The translations under genes were made by a program, and so were the position numbers. Source: Candidatus Omnitrophota bacterium (GTDB taxonomy: Bacteria > Omnitrophota > Gorgyraeia > Duberdicusellales > 4484-171). Taken from it: a DNA stretch of 32,000 nucleotides. The stretch lies in assembly GCA_021735045.1 (NCBI GenBank), contig JAIPHU010000003.1, positions 1 through 32,000 on the forward strand. The letters run 5' to 3'. Below are positions 7,129 through 16,573 of the stretch, in pieces. The stretch's first letter is position 1, and each line of letters opens with the position of its first letter. The notes beneath the pieces are model-generated. The model was given only the letters and a program-made list of their open reading frames with translations, had not been told where the DNA came from and ran no database searches.

Positions 7129-9534
7129 ATGGTTGTAATATCAAAAAAAACAGCTAAAATGATTGATATGATTTATAAATTTAATAACAATACAGAAGAA
7201 TTTACAGTAGATAACGCTTACAAATACAACAACTATTTCCCTTTAACTAATAGATCCGGAAGCTTACTTTCTTCGATCAGTCCTAATTTATCCGGGGATA
7301 TAAAAAGAGATAATGATCACTTCCTTACTCCACCGGCAACGATAATCGATACAAGACATAATCCTTTGGTCCGCAGAGATTTTTTTATAAAAATTAATTC
7401 TGGTTCAACAAAAGAAAAAATTATCCGGCTCTCAGATCCATATCCAGACAAGCTTCAAGCTGGTTTTTTTTATCATAAACTTACAAAATACACAAAGTTA
7501 ATCGATGTAGAAATATTAAACTTTATCCCTTACAACCTCGATCTAGAACTAATGCAAATTAAAATAAAAAATAAATCAAATAAAGACTTAGATATTTCCG
7601 CTTGCTCATCAATCCCTCTCTACGGAAGAAGTGAGTCAACATTACGAGACCATCGTCATGTAAGCAGCCTTTTAAATCATATTAATTTAACCAAAAATGG
7701 CATCTTACTTAGGCCTACACTCTTATTTAACGAAAAAGGGCATCAATTAAATCAAACTACTTATTTTTGTTTAGCTAAAAGTCCAAAAGCTAAAATTAAA
7801 GGCCAATTCCCTACTCTTGATTATTTTTGTGGCCAAGGAGACCTGATAAAGCCTGATGCAGTTTATAAAAATAAAAAATCAGCTAAAAAGAAATTAAATA
7901 GCTTTGACGGTAAAGAAGCAATAGCTGCTTTTAATTTTGAAACTAAAAAATTAAAAAAAGGTAAACAAATAAACTATATCATCGGTTTAGGCTTGATAAC
8001 AGGCTCTGTGGGAAAATGTCAAAATAAAATAGATAACCTATTTTCTAAAGTCAACACCAACACAAAGATAAAAAAAGAACTTCATAATACTAAAAAATAT
8101 TGGCGAAAGAGTTTTAAAAAAATAGAGTTTAATTTTAGCGATAAAAATTATAATTGTTGGCTTAAATGGGTAAAAGCTCAGCCGACCTTGCGAAAGCTTT
8201 TTGGCTGTTCCTTTCTGCCTCATTTTGATTACGGCAAAGGCGGCAGGGGTTGGAGGGATCTTTGGCAAGATGCATTAATCCTATTACACTATGAACCAAA
8301 AGAAGCTCGCAATTTAATTATCAACTCTTTTGCTGGTGTAAGAATAGATGGCTCTAATGCAACGATTATTAAAAAGGATAACTCTTTTTTACCAGACCGA
8401 AATAAAATCAGCCGGGTTTGGTCTGACCATGGAATCTGGCCGTATCTTACTCTAAAATCTTATCTCAATCACAGTGCTGATATAAATATTTTAAATAATC
8501 AGCTACCTTATTTTCGTGACCCCCACTTATTTCGAGCCAGAAAAATAGATCCTAATTTTAAACAAAAAGATTTTATTTTAAAAACTACAAATAATAAAAT
8601 TTATAAGGGAACTATCCTAGAACACCTGCTTATCCAAAATTTAACATCATTTTTTAATGTTGGTTTTCACAATATTATCAAGTTAGAAAGTGCTGATTGG
8701 AACGATGCTTTAGACATGGCTGATGATTCTGGAGAGACTGTAACTTTTAGTTTTATGTATGCGCACAATTTAAAAAGTATCGCTCAATTATTGCGCCTTT
8801 TGCAAAAAAAACAAAAGAAAATAAAAATTTTAAAAGAGTTAACTTTGCTCCTTGATAGCTTAGATAGCCCCGTTAATTACAATCATTTTTCTCAAAAACA
8901 AAAAAGATTAAAAAAATATTTAGCCAGTACTATAAAAATATCCGGAGAAAAAATAGAAGTTTCTTTAGAAAATGTTATCTATGATTTAGAAAAAAAATAT
9001 AAACACCTCAAAAATTGGCTCCTAGAAAAGGAGTGGTTAAAAGAAGGTTTTTTTAACGGCTACTATGATAATGCCGGAAAAAGAGTCGGGGGTAAAAACA
9101 AAGGAAAAATAAAGATGATGCTTGCTCCACAAGTTTTTGCCATAATGAGTGAAATAGCTACTGTAGATCAAATTAAAAAAATCTGGCGATCAACAAACAA
9201 GTATTTAAAAGATAATACTAGAAGTTTTCGGCTTAATACAGATTTTGGCTCTACTTACCAAGAATTAGGCAGAGCTTTTGGTTTTAAGTTCGGTGATAAA
9301 GAAAATGGAGCTTTTTTTAGCCATATGATTATTATGTTTTCTTATGCTCTTTACAAAAGAGGTTTTAAAAAAGAAGGCGCTAAAACCCTCGCTTCTATCT
9401 ATAAAATGGTTACATCTAACTCTAATACAACTTACCCCCAACTACCTGAATATTTCAACAGCCAGGGGCAAGGCCTTTATTCCTACCTTACCGGCTCAGC
9501 CAGCTGGTATATCCATACTTTATTACAAAATTAA
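7129..9534 (+). CDS. GH94-like glycoside phosphorylase (cellobiose/cellodextrin/beta-glucan phosphorylase superfamily, formerly GT36)
   Basis: 801 aa. GGRGWRDLWQDA, ESADWNDALD (the DWND catalytic-Asp region) and GSASWY near the C-terminus are as I recall for GH94 catalytic domains. Confidence 0.6.
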   Translation: MVVISKKTAKMIDMIYKFNNNTEEFTVDNAYKYNNYFPLTNRSGSLLSSISPNLSGDIKRDNDHFLTPPATIIDTRHNPLVRRDFFIKINSGSTKEKIIRLSDPYPDKLQAGFFYHKLTKYTKLIDVEILNFIPYNLDLELMQIKIKNKSNKDLDISACSSIPLYGRSESTLRDHRHVSSLLNHINLTKNGILLRPTLLFNEKGHQLNQTTYFCLAKSPKAKIKGQFPTLDYFCGQGDLIKPDAVYKNKKSAKKKLNSFDGKEAIAAFNFETKKLKKGKQINYIIGLGLITGSVGKCQNKIDNLFSKVNTNTKIKKELHNTKKYWRKSFKKIEFNFSDKNYNCWLKWVKAQPTLRKLFGCSFLPHFDYGKGGRGWRDLWQDALILLHYEPKEARNLIINSFAGVRIDGSNATIIKKDNSFLPDRNKISRVWSDHGIWPYLTLKSYLNHSADINILNNQLPYFRDPHLFRARKIDPNFKQKDFILKTTNNKIYKGTILEHLLIQNLTSFFNVGFHNIIKLESADWNDALDMADDSGETVTFSFMYAHNLKSIAQLLRLLQKKQKKIKILKELTLLLDSLDSPVNYNHFSQKQKRLKKYLASTIKISGEKIEVSLENVIYDLEKKYKHLKNWLLEKEWLKEGFFNGYYDNAGKRVGGKNKGKIKMMLAPQVFAIMSEIATVDQIKKIWRSTNKYLKDNTRSFRLNTDFGSTYQELGRAFGFKFGDKENGAFFSHMIIMFSYALYKRGFKKEGAKTLASIYKMVTSNSNTTYPQLPEYFNSQGQGLYSYLTGSASWYIHTLLQN

Positions 9535-9541
9535 AAAATTA

Positions 9542-9745
9542 TTATTTGCGGGCGATATCCTGAATATTTAAAGCAATATTAAAAAGTAAAGCCACCACAC
9601 CTAACTTCAGCAAGCTGGAAGCAGTTACTACTGTTGGCCCCAGCAAAAAATTAAAATCAAGTAGCTTTATTATACAGGAAAATCCAATAAGAATAACCGC
9701 AGCTATAAGGAATAAGTCTTCTCCTAACTTATACTCTTTTTTCAT
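9542..9745 (-). CDS. Small two-TM membrane protein, hypothetical
   Basis: 67 aa with two hydrophobic helices. A GGGGG SD lies 4 nt upstream of the ATG. It is the last gene of the minus-strand pilus/secretin run. Confidence 0.45.
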   Translation of the reverse strand: MKKEYKLGEDLFLIAAVILIGFSCIIKLLDFNFLLGPTVVTASSLLKLGVVALLFNIALNIQDIARK

Positions 9746-9823
9746 TTTGCCCCCTTTTAACTAATTTGGAAAATACCACAATTATTAATTTTTTTATTTC
9801 TCTCTTTTACCTGATCTACAAAT

Positions 9824-10318
9824 TTAGAAAGATATAGAAATAATTTTAGTTTGGTCACTTTTCGGATCAATAAGTTCTACTGAATCTACCTTTATTTTTG
9901 AAACAGTGAAATTGCTTATCTTATCACCTTTAAAAACTCGCTTACCGTTGATAATCGCAAATGGATTATCTTTATCAAAAACTACTCCTTCTAATCTATA
10001 GGCAGAATTTGATTGTTTTGGTTTTGATTTTTCAGCTGCAGCCTTCCGGCGCCCGCCCAGGCTATTTTTTATCTTTTCTGCACCAGTTTCCTTTATAGAC
10101 CCTGTTGCACTATCCTTTTTCCTAGGCCCAGAAGAAACTATTCTTTTAAAGCTAGAAAAATTATAAGCTAGAATAAAAGCCAGAGCAAAAACAATAAAAA
10201 TCAAAGTAACTAAAATAATCTTTTTGGAATTAGGTTTTTTTGGCTGGTTATTCTTGCTAGATAAAGATTCGGGAGATTTACCTTCGGCCTTTTTTAAAGC
10301 TTCATAGATTATGCTCAT
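9824..10318 (-). CDS. GspB-like protein (partner of ExeA/GspA-type ATPases)
   Basis: The N-terminus MSIIYEALKKAEGK resembles the GspB signature (MSYILDALRKAE type). There is one TM helix. The C-terminal LEGVVFDKDNPFAIINGKRVFKGDKI domain is shared with the 119-aa ORF at 12797-13156. Confidence 0.5.
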   Translation of the reverse strand: MSIIYEALKKAEGKSPESLSSKNNQPKKPNSKKIILVTLIFIVFALAFILAYNFSSFKRIVSSGPRKKDSATGSIKETGAEKIKNSLGGRRKAAAEKSKPKQSNSAYRLEGVVFDKDNPFAIINGKRVFKGDKISNFTVSKIKVDSVELIDPKSDQTKIISISF

Positions 10319-10344
10319 GGTAATTTTATTAATTAATTTTCATC

Positions 10345-10423
10345 TACGAATTTACTAATTTATACGAATATACAAATAAAAAATAAAAATATTCGTAAAT
10401 TCGTAATTGATTCGTACGTTCGT
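10345..10423. repeat. Nested inverted repeats built from the word TACGAAT/ATTCGTA
   Basis: tacgaattta (10345-10354) pairs with taaattcgta (10396-10405). tacgaatat (10363-10371) pairs with atattcgta (10389-10397). Further ttcgt words occur at 10411 and 10419. Confidence 0.7.
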
Positions 10424-10443
10424 TGATTATTCTGCTTATCAAT

Positions 10444-11250
10444 TCATTGTAGTTCTTTGATGCAGACTTTCAGCATAGAAGGTGTTACTTTATTTTTTCC
10501 CTGAACAAAACCTAAAAGCAAAACTCTTTCGCAAAGTAAATTTATTAATCTCGGAATCCCTTTTGAAAATTGATAGATAACCTGATAGCACTCAGGCTCA
10601 ATCGCTACATCTTGGGCTTTAGCCGTATTCAGGCGGTATTCTATATAGTTTTTTATCTCTTCCTTGCGTAAAGGCAAAAGCCTGCATTTTATATTTATTC
10701 TTTGTTTTATCTGCCTAAGCTTAAACTCATTTAGCTTATCTTCTAACTCCGGCTGTCCAACTAATAAAATCTGGAGTAACTTCTCTTGAGAAGTTTCTAA
10801 GTTAGATAAAAGCCTGACTTGTTCAAGCTGTTTAGAAGTTAAATTTTGAGCTTCGTCAATCACCAACAAAGCATTCTTACCTGAAAAGGAAGTATCAACT
10901 AAAAAAGAGTTTAACTTTTTTACTAAATCAAACCGGTTTAACCTGGCCGGTTCAAGGCCGAAATCAGCTAAAATAGTTTTAAGCAGTTGAGTTTGACTGA
11001 ATTGAGGAGAACTAAAAATTACTGAACTTTTTATATCTTTAGATAAATGATCAAGAAAAACCTTACACAGAGTGGTTTTTCCGGTTCCAACTTCGCCGAT
11101 AACCGCCATTAAGCCTTTCTTCTGAACCACCCCAAAATTAAGAGTAGATAAAACTTCCCTGTGGGTTGAGCTTTGATAAAAAAAGTTAGGATCTGCAGTA
11201 ATATTAAAGGGAGCAGTTTTTAGGCCATATAAGCTTAAATAGTTATTCAT
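10444..11250 (-). CDS. ExeA/GspA/MshM-like AAA+ ATPase
   Basis: 268 aa. The N-terminal YGLKTAPFNITADPNFFYQSSTHREVL and the GEVGTGKTTL Walker A are typical of the ExeA family. LLVIDEAQNL is the Walker B. Confidence 0.75.
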   Translation of the reverse strand: MNNYLSLYGLKTAPFNITADPNFFYQSSTHREVLSTLNFGVVQKKGLMAVIGEVGTGKTTLCKVFLDHLSKDIKSSVIFSSPQFSQTQLLKTILADFGLEPARLNRFDLVKKLNSFLVDTSFSGKNALLVIDEAQNLTSKQLEQVRLLSNLETSQEKLLQILLVGQPELEDKLNEFKLRQIKQRINIKCRLLPLRKEEIKNYIEYRLNTAKAQDVAIEPECYQVIYQFSKGIPRLINLLCERVLLLGFVQGKNKVTPSMLKVCIKELQ

Positions 11251-11255
11251 AAAAC

Positions 11256-12800
11256 TTATTTTTTCTTTTCTTCTTGGTTAAATTTGCTAGTAACATTATC
11301 TGATTCGATTAACTCAATAGAGTTAACTTCACCCGGCTCAATAACATGAGCAGTAATAAATATCAGTAGATCTATTTTTTCTATATCTTCAGTTTGTCGC
11401 TTAAAAAACCATCCTAGGATTGGTATTTTACTTAAAAAAGGTACGCCAATTTCTTCTTTTGATTTTACATCCTTAAGTAAACCCCCAATAATTATAGTTT
11501 CACCATCCTGCATTAAAACTTGTGTTTCGGCCTCCCGGGTATTTATTATTGGATATTCAGCAAGAGTATCATCGTTAGCAGAAGAAATAGTTACAGTTTC
11601 ACCTTTAGAGGTAACAGCTGGATGAACAATCATATTTATATAGTCATATTCCTGGCCGGATATTTGCGGTATTACATTAAGTTGAATTCCTATATCTTGA
11701 TAATACTCTAGGGATCCCCCAGTTACAGTATTAGTGTCTGTACTCACCTCTGTACTGACTATCGGATATTTTTCACCTACTAAAATTGATGCTTCCTGAT
11801 TATCTAAAGTCATAATTGTTGGCGCCGAAAGAGTATTGGTATAGGCATCATCTTTTACAGCTTTTAATACTGCTTCTAAATTAGTTCCAGTAAGTTTTTT
11901 AAAAGCAAAATTAAGGCCAGAAGCAGGAGTCAAATTCGTTGTAGCAGGATTAAACACAGAGGGAGTCTGTTCAAAAGGGTCTATGGACCCTGTTCCTGTG
12001 CCTGAACCTATATCAATCGCTGTCCCCTCATTTCCGGTAAACCATTGAAAACCAAAATCATCTAATAGATCCTCACTAACTTCCATAATCCGGGCTTTAA
12101 TCAAAATCTGTCTTGGTTTTTTATCTATTAAATTCAGTAACTCTCCTATTTCAGCCAGTCTTTTCGCGATATCTGAAATCAACAAAACTTTTGTTTTAGC
12201 AACTCTTTCTTCACCGGTCCTTTCTCTTTTAGTTACATCCGTACCAAACCTCCAGCCGGCTTGGCCGGTCATCTCTAAAACTGTAGCCCTACCTACCGGT
12301 GAAAGTAGAGGTTCCACTGCTTTTTTTGCATCGTTGGCATCAATATATTTTAAATTAAAAACTTCGGTTTGCGGCCGTTCAACTTCTTGCCGAGCCTGAT
12401 CTCTTTTTTCCCGCTCGGTAATTTTTTCAGTAGTATCAACAACTATAGTATTTTCCCCGATCCACTCATAACTATAGTCATAAGGCCTAATTACTACTTC
12501 TAAAGCAGTCAACCAATCTATATCTTCTAGGTCCACTGTAACAGTTCCTTGAACCTCAGGGCTTGTAGTAATATTAACTTTCTTCCCCTTTTCATAGGCT
12601 TTTTGGGCAATCGAACGAATCACGGTTTTTATATTTGCATCTTTAAACTTAAGAGCTTCGATGCTACTTTCTTGATTATTTATTTGATCGTTTTGGGCAA
12701 ATAATACCCCAAAATCGTTTCCCGTTGATAAAAAATTAAAAAATAGAAAAAAAGTTAAAATTAAAAATAACTTCATAAATTTATTAAAATTTATCTTCAT
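11256..12800 (-). CDS. pilQ: Outer-membrane secretin (PilQ/MshL/GspD family)
   Basis: Signal peptide, N-terminal secretin-N-like repeats, and a C-terminal secretin core ending in GVPFLSKIPILGWFFK. Confidence 0.8.
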   Translation of the reverse strand: MKINFNKFMKLFLILTFFLFFNFLSTGNDFGVLFAQNDQINNQESSIEALKFKDANIKTVIRSIAQKAYEKGKKVNITTSPEVQGTVTVDLEDIDWLTALEVVIRPYDYSYEWIGENTIVVDTTEKITEREKRDQARQEVERPQTEVFNLKYIDANDAKKAVEPLLSPVGRATVLEMTGQAGWRFGTDVTKRERTGEERVAKTKVLLISDIAKRLAEIGELLNLIDKKPRQILIKARIMEVSEDLLDDFGFQWFTGNEGTAIDIGSGTGTGSIDPFEQTPSVFNPATTNLTPASGLNFAFKKLTGTNLEAVLKAVKDDAYTNTLSAPTIMTLDNQEASILVGEKYPIVSTEVSTDTNTVTGGSLEYYQDIGIQLNVIPQISGQEYDYINMIVHPAVTSKGETVTISSANDDTLAEYPIINTREAETQVLMQDGETIIIGGLLKDVKSKEEIGVPFLSKIPILGWFFKRQTEDIEKIDLLIFITAHVIEPGEVNSIELIESDNVTSKFNQEEKKK

Positions 12801-13156
12801 TCTTCAACCTCCAAATTTAAACTATGCTTTTTATTGCCTTTTTCTAAAATTATTTCTTTTGGCCTAATCTCTAATATAGTATATTCTCCTATCTTTTCTC
12901 CTGTTTTTAAAATTTCTCCATTTATAGCTACAACTGGATTTTTTTTAGAGTAAATTATTCCTTCTAAAGATAAATTAGCTATATTCACCTTTTTGGGGAT
13001 TAAAATCTTGCCATAAGGATCAACCAAAGGGTGAAAAGGATTTCTTTGTTTATTTGAATAAGAATAGTCTTTATTGTAAGCAAATGATAAAGAACTTAAT
13101 AAACAAAGAAAAACAAAATATAAACTTATTTTTATTGCTTTTTGCCTAAACCACAT
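12797..13156 (-). CDS. PilP/MshK-like small exported pilus-biogenesis protein
   Basis: 119 aa with a signal peptide. It occupies the position between the PilO-like gene and the secretin. Its C-terminal LEGIIYSKKNPVVAINGEILKTGEKI domain is paralogous to the C-terminus of 9824-10318. Confidence 0.5.
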   Translation of the reverse strand: MWFRQKAIKISLYFVFLCLLSSLSFAYNKDYSYSNKQRNPFHPLVDPYGKILIPKKVNIANLSLEGIIYSKKNPVVAINGEILKTGEKIGEYTILEIRPKEIILEKGNKKHSLNLEVEE

Positions 13157-13662
13157 AATAACATATTAATTTTATTGGGCCGATAACCGGTTATAGTTAA
13201 CTCTTTTACCTCAAAAAAATAATCACTTTTTTGCAAAAAATTTAAAAAATTACCCAGATCATGAAAACTACCTTCAGCCTCGATCCTAAAAGGGATATAG
13301 TTAAACTTTTTGTTTTCAGTTGAAAAAGGGTCCAAGGGAGTGATTGCTTTAACTTTAACCCCGTAGTTCTGGCTACTTTTGGAAATAAATGAAATCAGCT
13401 TAGATTCATGCCCAGAAGATACAATTTTATTTTTATTTTTCTTTATTTTATCTTCTAAGTTACTTATTTTAGTTAAATAATCTGATTTTCTAGACCACTC
13501 TGTCTTAGTTGTTTCAATTTTTTGTTTTAAGCTGTTTGCTCCTTTAGCCATCTTTGAAATTCTACTAATTTGCCAAGGCAAAAGTATAAATAACTCAACT
13601 ATTAAAACTAACGCTAGACTGATAAAGATAACCAACTGTTTATCTAATTTTATTTTTTGCAT
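13132..13662 (-). CDS. pilO: PilO-like pilus assembly protein
   Basis: 176 aa with one N-terminal TM, a coiled coil and an alpha/beta C-terminal domain. Its position in the pilMNOPQ order supports the call. Confidence 0.55.
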   Translation of the reverse strand: MQKIKLDKQLVIFISLALVLIVELFILLPWQISRISKMAKGANSLKQKIETTKTEWSRKSDYLTKISNLEDKIKKNKNKIVSSGHESKLISFISKSSQNYGVKVKAITPLDPFSTENKKFNYIPFRIEAEGSFHDLGNFLNFLQKSDYFFEVKELTITGYRPNKINMLLCGLGKKQ

Positions 13663-14213
13663 TTTATAATAAATTGAGTAACTTCTACCCCGTTAAAATT
13701 TGTTCTTTTAGTATCTTTGATATCTATAGTTTTAAATTCTTTTGAAAAACTTTCATTTTCTTGTAAATTATTAATAAAGTCCTCCAAAGACGCCAAAGAA
13801 TCTTTATCCCATTTTAGGATATAACCCTCAAACTCAACTGCTTTTTGCTCAAAATTTATATTTTTAAACCAAATATTTTTAGGTAGAGCAGAAAACATAC
13901 TGTTTAATAACATCACTCCTGTATACTCGGGGATTAAAACATCTTTTATTCTGTTAAACTCTCGCTGTAAACTGGACAAATCCCGTTTAATATCAGCTAA
14001 TTGGTTGCTCTTCGGTTCCCACTTTTTCCATATCTTTTTATAGCCATTATATTTAGCAGCTTTTGTCAAAGAAAACAAGCCTATGCCAGAAACCAGCAAA
14101 GCAAAAAATACAACTAAAAGAATCAATAAAGGAATGTAGTCTAAAACTTTCCCCAAACCCTGGCCAAAAACAGCTGGTTTTCTAGGATTTAAATTTATCT
14201 TTAATTTTTTCAT
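13650..14213 (-). CDS. pilN: PilN-like pilus assembly protein
   Basis: 187 aa. The N-terminal INLNP motif followed by a TM helix is typical of PilN. It follows pilM. Confidence 0.6.
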   Translation of the reverse strand: MKKLKINLNPRKPAVFGQGLGKVLDYIPLLILLVVFFALLVSGIGLFSLTKAAKYNGYKKIWKKWEPKSNQLADIKRDLSSLQREFNRIKDVLIPEYTGVMLLNSMFSALPKNIWFKNINFEQKAVEFEGYILKWDKDSLASLEDFINNLQENESFSKEFKTIDIKDTKRTNFNGVEVTQFIIKCKK

Positions 14214-14217
14214 ACCT

Positions 14218-15237
14218 TTACAGCACTAAACCAAAAGTTACTGCCAAATTATGCCTATAATTTTTATATTTTTCCTGAGAAAAATTTTCGCTAAAATTTA
14301 AACTATTTGATTCATCGGGTATTAAAATTTCTGAATCAATTTCTAAATTTTCAGAAAAAATATCAGCAATATTAGGAATCGCCGCTAACCCACCTGTTAT
14401 ATATAGCTTATCTAAACTTTTGCCTTTGTTTAATTCAAAGAAATCAAACGAATGTTTAATTTCTTTGCACCAATCTGAAATATTTTCTTCTAAAATAGTA
14501 AACAAATCGTTTTTTTTGTTTATTTTAGACAAAACGTCTATGGCTTCTTTTTCTGATATATTTTTTATTCTAGTTATGATTTCAACTAAATCTTTTGTGC
14601 TAAATTTTACTTCGCGGCTGAAAAAGGGTAAACCTTCTTCTAAAATATTCATTGTTGAAAAACTATGCCCGATATCTAAAATACAACTATTTATTTTGCT
14701 ACTTTCTGGATATTTATCTAGGTAAAGATTTATCAACGAAATACTATCTAGAGTAATTTCGGAAATAGAAAACCCTTTTTTAGCAAAAGATTTCAAAATT
14801 AAATCAATATGCTTTTTTTTAGCTACAGCTAACAATATTTGATTTTGTGATGAGTTAAGTTGTTTCAATATTATATAATCAAAATAGACTTCATCGGGTG
14901 AGTAAGGGATAAGCTTATTTAATTGATAATATAAAGCCTCTTTCAACTTTCTTTTTTCAGTTTTAGGGAAAGAAAAGTAACGAACTAAACAATCTGGGCT
15001 TTTAAGAGATATCTTAACTTTTTTGGTTGGGATATTTTTATCTACTTTTAACTCTTCAATAGCTTCAGGAAGGTCTTTTTTGATTTTAATAAAACAGTCG
15101 GTAATCTGGCCAGATTTAACTACTATTCCTTTTATAAAATAACTACCAATATTAACTGCAGTAAATGTCTCGGCCTTTCTTTTAATTAAACCTTTTTCAA
15201 CTAGTTTGGAGGCTTTTTTTTGTATATTTTTGAGCAT
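14218..15237 (-). CDS. pilM: PilM, actin-like ATPase-fold pilus assembly protein
   Basis: 339 aa. It starts with a VNIGSYFIKG motif and continues with LDIGHSFSTMNI and ITGGLAAIPNI, as in PilM/FtsA-like folds. It is the first gene of the operon. Confidence 0.7.
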   Translation of the reverse strand: MLKNIQKKASKLVEKGLIKRKAETFTAVNIGSYFIKGIVVKSGQITDCFIKIKKDLPEAIEELKVDKNIPTKKVKISLKSPDCLVRYFSFPKTEKRKLKEALYYQLNKLIPYSPDEVYFDYIILKQLNSSQNQILLAVAKKKHIDLILKSFAKKGFSISEITLDSISLINLYLDKYPESSKINSCILDIGHSFSTMNILEEGLPFFSREVKFSTKDLVEIITRIKNISEKEAIDVLSKINKKNDLFTILEENISDWCKEIKHSFDFFELNKGKSLDKLYITGGLAAIPNIADIFSENLEIDSEILIPDESNSLNFSENFSQEKYKNYRHNLAVTFGLVL

Positions 15238-15295
15238 TTTTAACTATTATTTTGGATTTATGTTTTTTTTATAGATAAGATACAACTACATAAAC

Positions 15296-15324
15296 ATAAT
15301 AAAACAGTTTATCTTGCTTGTCAA
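15296..15324 (-). promoter_or_regulatory. Sigma70-like promoter for the pilM operon
   Basis: Minus sense reads TTGACA (15324-15319), a 17-nt spacer, then TATTAT (15301-15296). Confidence 0.4.
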
Positions 15325-15445
15325 TCTAATAGATAGTTAATTGATTTATTTTCTCCTTTGTGATAAAGTTTACTCTGTAGAATAATTTTGCTGCTTTTTA
15401 AATTGAAGGCAAAATTGCCGCTTTGCGACATTCCACAGGGTGAAT

Positions 15446-16573
15446 ATGAAAAAAAATGAATATTTTATCTATTTAAACCAAAAAGAAAATGATCAAGCAG
15501 CAAAGGAAACTTCCTTAGAGATAAAAGCAAGATTTAAAAACAACCCTGACTTTATTTTTATTCTTTTTACCCCCGGATACAATCCTAAAAAACTATCTCA
15601 AGTTTTTAATTTAACTTTAAAAAACCCTAATTTATTTGCGATTCAAGCCCCTCTTCTAATATATAAAGACAAAATTATCGAAAAAGGGCTAATCAGTTGT
15701 TGCCTGAACAAAAAAGATGCAAAAATTAAGAGTTTATTTATTGGTTCTCAAAATTCAGAGAAAATTGAATATATTTTAAAGAAATATTTTAGAGAAATCA
15801 GAAGAAAAAATATAAAATTTATTTCTTTCATCTCATCCCAAATGAACTCTTTGTCTTTTTTAAAAGGCATAAGATTTTCTTTGGGAAAATTAATTAACTT
15901 CTCCGGAGCAGGATATAAAAATAAATATTCTTCCCAAGAAAACTTCATATTAAACAAAGGAATAGGCAATGGCTTAGTAAGCTTGATCTTAAATGGCATC
16001 AGTACCAACACTCTCTATTTACAAAATTTTATCCCTTTTGGTAAGCCTTTTAACATAACTAGGCTTAATCCAAAACAACAAATAATTTATGAAATAAACA
16101 ATAAACCTGCTGTAGAAATCTATAAATACTATTTCGAGGAAAAATTTAATAATTTTATCAAAAATCGCCTTTTTCCCTATTACCCATTAGGAATATTTAC
16201 TAAAAATTATTTCCGCTTATTGACAATAATTGATATACTGGAAGATGGTTCTTTTTTATTTAAAGGAAATTTAAGAGATAAAACTCAAGGAAATCTAATG
16301 ACTTTAAGAGACGCATACCCAAAAAAAGATCTCAGAAAAAAACTAGAAAAATCAGAAAAAAACGATGCCGGAATTGTTTTTATGGTTAATTCTTTAGAAA
16401 GACAAAAAATACTGGGTAAAAAGGCAGAAAAAGAAATTGAAAATATACAAAATATATATTCGCCAAAAAAAGAAATTATTGGTATTTACTCTGATTACTA
16501 TCTTTTCCCTGACGAAGAAACTCAAGATATCAATATAGAAAGCGGAGGATTATTATTAAATGTTTGGGAATAA
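15446..16573 (+). CDS. FIST-domain sensory protein
   Basis: About 375 aa and cytoplasmic. The layout and motifs (PAVEIYKYYF...YPLGI) resemble FIST_N/FIST_C. The ORF track starts at the GTG at 15440; the ATG at 15446 is equally possible. Confidence 0.5.
   Translation: MKKNEYFIYLNQKENDQAAKETSLEIKARFKNNPDFIFILFTPGYNPKKLSQVFNLTLKNPNLFAIQAPLLIYKDKIIEKGLISCCLNKKDAKIKSLFIGSQNSEKIEYILKKYFREIRRKNIKFISFISSQMNSLSFLKGIRFSLGKLINFSGAGYKNKYSSQENFILNKGIGNGLVSLILNGISTNTLYLQNFIPFGKPFNITRLNPKQQIIYEINNKPAVEIYKYYFEEKFNNFIKNRLFPYYPLGIFTKNYFRLLTIIDILEDGSFLFKGNLRDKTQGNLMTLRDAYPKKDLRKKLEKSEKNDAGIVFMVNSLERQKILGKKAEKEIENIQNIYSPKKEIIGIYSDYYLFPDEETQDINIESGGLLLNVWE

Noticed and set aside
15207-15270. Homopolymer tracts as phase-variation switches for the pilus operon: A8 in the first codons of pilM and T8 in its 5' UTR
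   Set aside because: Runs of 7-9 A/T are frequent throughout this AT-rich window, including inside housekeeping genes (for example nadA at about 2443-2450). These tracts are therefore not distinctive.
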